Part shown: positions 61,152 through 64,000 of the stretch, piece by piece
How positions within the stretch are numbered: the stretch's first letter is position 1
Layout of the letters: each line of letters begins with the position of its first letter
Assembly: GCA_029938115.1 (NCBI GenBank)
Contig: JAPYOP010000004.1
Span: forward strand, 72,752 to 136,751
Source: Colwellia sp.
GTDB taxonomy: Bacteria > Pseudomonadota > Gammaproteobacteria > Enterobacterales > Alteromonadaceae
Length of the DNA: 64,000 nt
Direction: 5' to 3'
Made by a program: the position numbers and the translations under genes
Notes under the pieces: generated by a model
Database searches by the model: none
Told to the model about the DNA's origin: nothing
What the model saw: the letters and a program-made list of their open reading frames with translations, nothing else

Positions 61152-62030
61152 ATGAGATGTTTTGCAATTATCTATCTGCTTCTTTATTCCGTTTTGTTTT
61201 CGGAATATATTCACGCAATTGAAAAACCAACAATACGTTGGTTAACTTGGCAACAAGCACCAAACTTTATCATTGAAGGAAAATTTAAGGGGCAAGGTAT
61301 TGGTGGAACTTTAACAAAAAAACTTCAAGATAACTTACCTCAATATAACCATATAAACGTATTAAGCAATACTAGAAGGTATCAATCTCTCATAAAAGAA
61401 AAAAACGTTTGTGTTGCTTGGGCTTGGATCGTACCTGGAAGTGAAAAATATCGAATTCATAGTAGAGCCGTTTCATTAGCACCTCGTTCAGGCATTCAAA
61501 TTTTGAAAACAAAACAACATTTATTTGGTAAACCAGGAGAAACATTATCTCTAAAAAATCTGTTAACGAACCTTGATCTAAAACTAGGTTATTTAGAAGA
61601 GATGACCTATTCCAAACGAGTTCATGAACTACTTGAGGAAAATAGAAATAAAGGCAACATTCATTTCTCATCAAGAAATGAGGTTGAATTTAATTTATCA
61701 ATGCTGGACAGAGAACATTTAGATTACTTTTTTAGCTTTTCAGCGCAAGCTATTTTTGATGCAGAATTAAAAGGCATTAACAATAAATATCAGTTTTACA
61801 ATATTGAAGAAATGGACCTTTATACAAGTATGCACACCCATTGTTCTAAAACGCCTTTTGGTGAACAAGTTATGTCTGAGGTTGAAAAAATCCTAACAAA
61901 TGATACATTGATGGAACATTTATCAGTAATTGAAAGATGGCATGGAGAGAATAAAGCATATCGAGATATATTCATGAAATACGTAATTAACCGTGAAGTA
62001 ACAGCTATTGTGACTAATCCTGGTCAATGA
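61152..62030 (+). CDS. Extracytoplasmic solute-binding-like protein (TIGR02285-like)
   Basis: Signal peptide, W....P..I..G...GQG, CSKTPFG. Lies upstream of a membrane sensor kinase. Confidence 0.7.
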   Translation: MRCFAIIYLLLYSVLFSEYIHAIEKPTIRWLTWQQAPNFIIEGKFKGQGIGGTLTKKLQDNLPQYNHINVLSNTRRYQSLIKEKNVCVAWAWIVPGSEKYRIHSRAVSLAPRSGIQILKTKQHLFGKPGETLSLKNLLTNLDLKLGYLEEMTYSKRVHELLEENRNKGNIHFSSRNEVEFNLSMLDREHLDYFFSFSAQAIFDAELKGINNKYQFYNIEEMDLYTSMHTHCSKTPFGEQVMSEVEKILTNDTLMEHLSVIERWHGENKAYRDIFMKYVINREVTAIVTNPGQ

Positions 62031-62124
62031 AACATCAAATGATATTGTTTAATAAATAAATGCAAAATAGAAAAAAATTAATTTTAATAAAAATATTACC
62101 TCTATATTTTAAGAGCAACTTTGC

Positions 62125-64000
62125 ATGAATTATCTATCGCTGATTTTTGCTGGTTCTATAGCTCGAAAGCTATCAATGGCGTTAATTTTGTTAGGCTTTG
62201 CCGCGACTTTAGTCATTTCAACAATCGAAATATATTGGGATTATAAAGCTGAACTTAAACATATTAATAGTCGATTAGAAAGTATTCAAGAGACGCATGC
62301 TCCAAGTATTGCATCAAACGTATGGAATGTTTCTCATAAACAAATACAAACTCAGTTACAAGGCTTGCATAGTATTTCCGAATTTTCGTATATTGAAATT
62401 ACAACACCACATGACGATTTTTGGTCAGAAGGAGAAAAATTAGCCACTAACGTATTAGTTAAAAGCATCCCATTAAAGTATGCTGATTTGGGCGAAAACT
62501 TGTTAGTTGGAACCATGGTTATTCAGGTAAATGTAGACGAAGTATTTAACAAAATCACTGCTAAGGCAATTCAAACGTTTTTCTATTTTGCTGTATGGAT
62601 ATTTATCCTCGCTGGATGTCAATTTCTTATATTTAGATATTTAGTCACTCGACACTTAAACCACATTGCTAATTACACCTCTTCAATGAAGTTCATCGAT
62701 GAGGAGAAAGACCTAATACTCGAACGAAATATTTCTACGAATAGTTCTTCTGACGAGCTGGACTCTGTTGTTTATTCAATAAACTCCCTTCGAAATCTAG
62801 TTACTAATTATACAGATGAGATTAAAAAGAACGAACAACGCTTTAGAGGGTTATTTGAAAATACGGATGTTGCTATTTGGAATGAAGATCTTTCACAAGT
62901 TTACCTTGCGCTAAGAGAACTAAAATCAAAAGGAATCATCGATCTAAAATCTTATTTAACAGAAAACGAAAATATAGCCTTCGAACTAGCAGAAGAAGTT
63001 AATGTTATTCAAGTAAATGAAGCAACACTTAATTTTTTTCAAGCAAAGTCTCAAGAAGACTTACTTGATAATATAAGCAAAACATTTGGTGACGATGCAA
63101 TAACAGTTTTTATTGAGCAACTATGCTGCATTTGGGATAAGAAAAAAACATTTCGAGCTGAAGCAAATTTTCTAGGGTTAAAAGGAAAAAAATTTACTGC
63201 GATTGTCTCCTATCAAATCCCAGAGAATGATGAAGGCTTCAAAAGTGTATCAGTAAGTATGTTTGATATTAGTAAACGTAAAGAGGATGAACAAAAGCTA
63301 CTTACTCAAAGCAAGATCATTACAAATATGACAGAAGGAGCTTATCTTATACGGTGTAGTGACTCATTAATCGTTTATGCTAATCCAACTTTTGAAAGTA
63401 TGTTTGGTTATGAAAAAAATGAAATGTTAGGAAAGCATGTATCGATTGTAAATGCACCTAGCGAATTTTCCCCTGAAGATTTAGCTTCCAATATAATTAC
63501 TAAATTAAAGCAAGACAATAAATGGAGTGGTGACGTAAAAAACATTCGCAAAGACGGCTCTACTTTTTGGTGTTTTGCCAATGTATCAAGTTTTATACAT
63601 CCTGAATTTGGTGAAGTTTGGCTTGCAGTTCATGCGGATATCACTGAAAGAATAAAAATGGAAGAAATATTACGTCGAACACAAAAAATGGATGCTGTGG
63701 GAAAACTCACAGGAGGAATAGCCCACGACTACAATAATATGCTTTCAATAGTTGCTGGATATTCAGAACTATTAGAACGGCACCTAAAAGAACAACCTAA
63801 ACTACTGGAGTATGCTGAACAAATAAACCATGCAGCAGAGCGTGGTGCGCATATGACCAAAAAACTACTGGCTTTTTCAAAAGCTGACATTGGAGATTAT
63901 GAACCTGCAAACATCAATGTAATATTGCAAGAACAACAAGAAATGATCCAAAAAACCCTTACTCCACGAATAAATCTTGAGTTTAATTTTTCTGATAACA
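62125..64000 (+). CDS. Membrane PAS histidine kinase, truncated by the window end
   Basis: My translation from ATG 62125: two TMs, HAMP-like region, PAS (MFGYEKNEMLG..RKDGSTFW), QKMDAVGKLTGGIAHDYNN. No stop before 64000, so absent from the ORF track. Confidence 0.85.
   Translation, partial: MNYLSLIFAGSIARKLSMALILLGFAATLVISTIEIYWDYKAELKHINSRLESIQETHAPSIASNVWNVSHKQIQTQLQGLHSISEFSYIEITTPHDDFWSEGEKLATNVLVKSIPLKYADLGENLLVGTMVIQVNVDEVFNKITAKAIQTFFYFAVWIFILAGCQFLIFRYLVTRHLNHIANYTSSMKFIDEEKDLILERNISTNSSSDELDSVVYSINSLRNLVTNYTDEIKKNEQRFRGLFENTDVAIWNEDLSQVYLALRELKSKGIIDLKSYLTENENIAFELAEEVNVIQVNEATLNFFQAKSQEDLLDNISKTFGDDAITVFIEQLCCIWDKKKTFRAEANFLGLKGKKFTAIVSYQIPENDEGFKSVSVSMFDISKRKEDEQKLLTQSKIITNMTEGAYLIRCSDSLIVYANPTFESMFGYEKNEMLGKHVSIVNAPSEFSPEDLASNIITKLKQDNKWSGDVKNIRKDGSTFWCFANVSSFIHPEFGEVWLAVHADITERIKMEEILRRTQKMDAVGKLTGGIAHDYNNMLSIVAGYSELLERHLKEQPKLLEYAEQINHAAERGAHMTKKLLAFSKADIGDYEPANINVILQEQQEMIQKTLTPRINLEFNFSDN

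Noticed and set aside
1008..61674. Numerous short ORFs antisense to or nested in long genes (e.g. 5111-5530, 5945-6559, 32107-32505, 57825-58283, 59586-59954)
   Set aside because: Shadows of well-supported genes on the other strand or frame, with no motifs.
1..64000. CRISPR arrays, tRNA/rRNA genes, riboswitches, IS elements
   Set aside because: None recognised by eye in the intergenic regions. A covariance-model scan would be needed to exclude small RNAs.

Overview
AT-rich gammaproteobacterial chromosomal window, probably Colwellia/Alteromonadales-like (inferred from gene content). It runs from a 5-oxoprolinase operon (pxpABC, preceded by a truncated YcsI/D-glutamate-cyclase-like gene) to an intact rimO and a partial PAS histidine kinase. 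In between are an RND pump, pldA, many two-component and c-di-GMP phosphodiesterase genes, a ColRS-like pair with three matching operator/promoter boxes, and a Fur-boxed TonB-ExbBD-receptor-PepSY-reductase operon. There is also an Aer/EAL/hybrid-kinase block and an AraC/ABA4-like module. Two things stand out. (1) The accessory blocks downstream of rimO are punctuated by co-oriented relics of the rimO/HU locus: a 5'-truncated but ~97% aa-identical rimO copy with its own terminator, a decayed 76-bp rimO fragment 19 kb further on, and two HU remnants. No integrase is visible, which suggests serial gene-block accretion at rimO. (2) The block between the two long rimO copies is a coherent, apparently uncharacterised envelope operon. 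It encodes a 5-repeat Yx(FWY)xxD lipoprotein, a monoheme c lipoprotein, a Cyc2-like cytochrome c/porin fusion, a SigK-like ECF sigma with a Cys pair, an RskA-like anti-sigma and a second beta-barrel, behind an ECF-type promoter.
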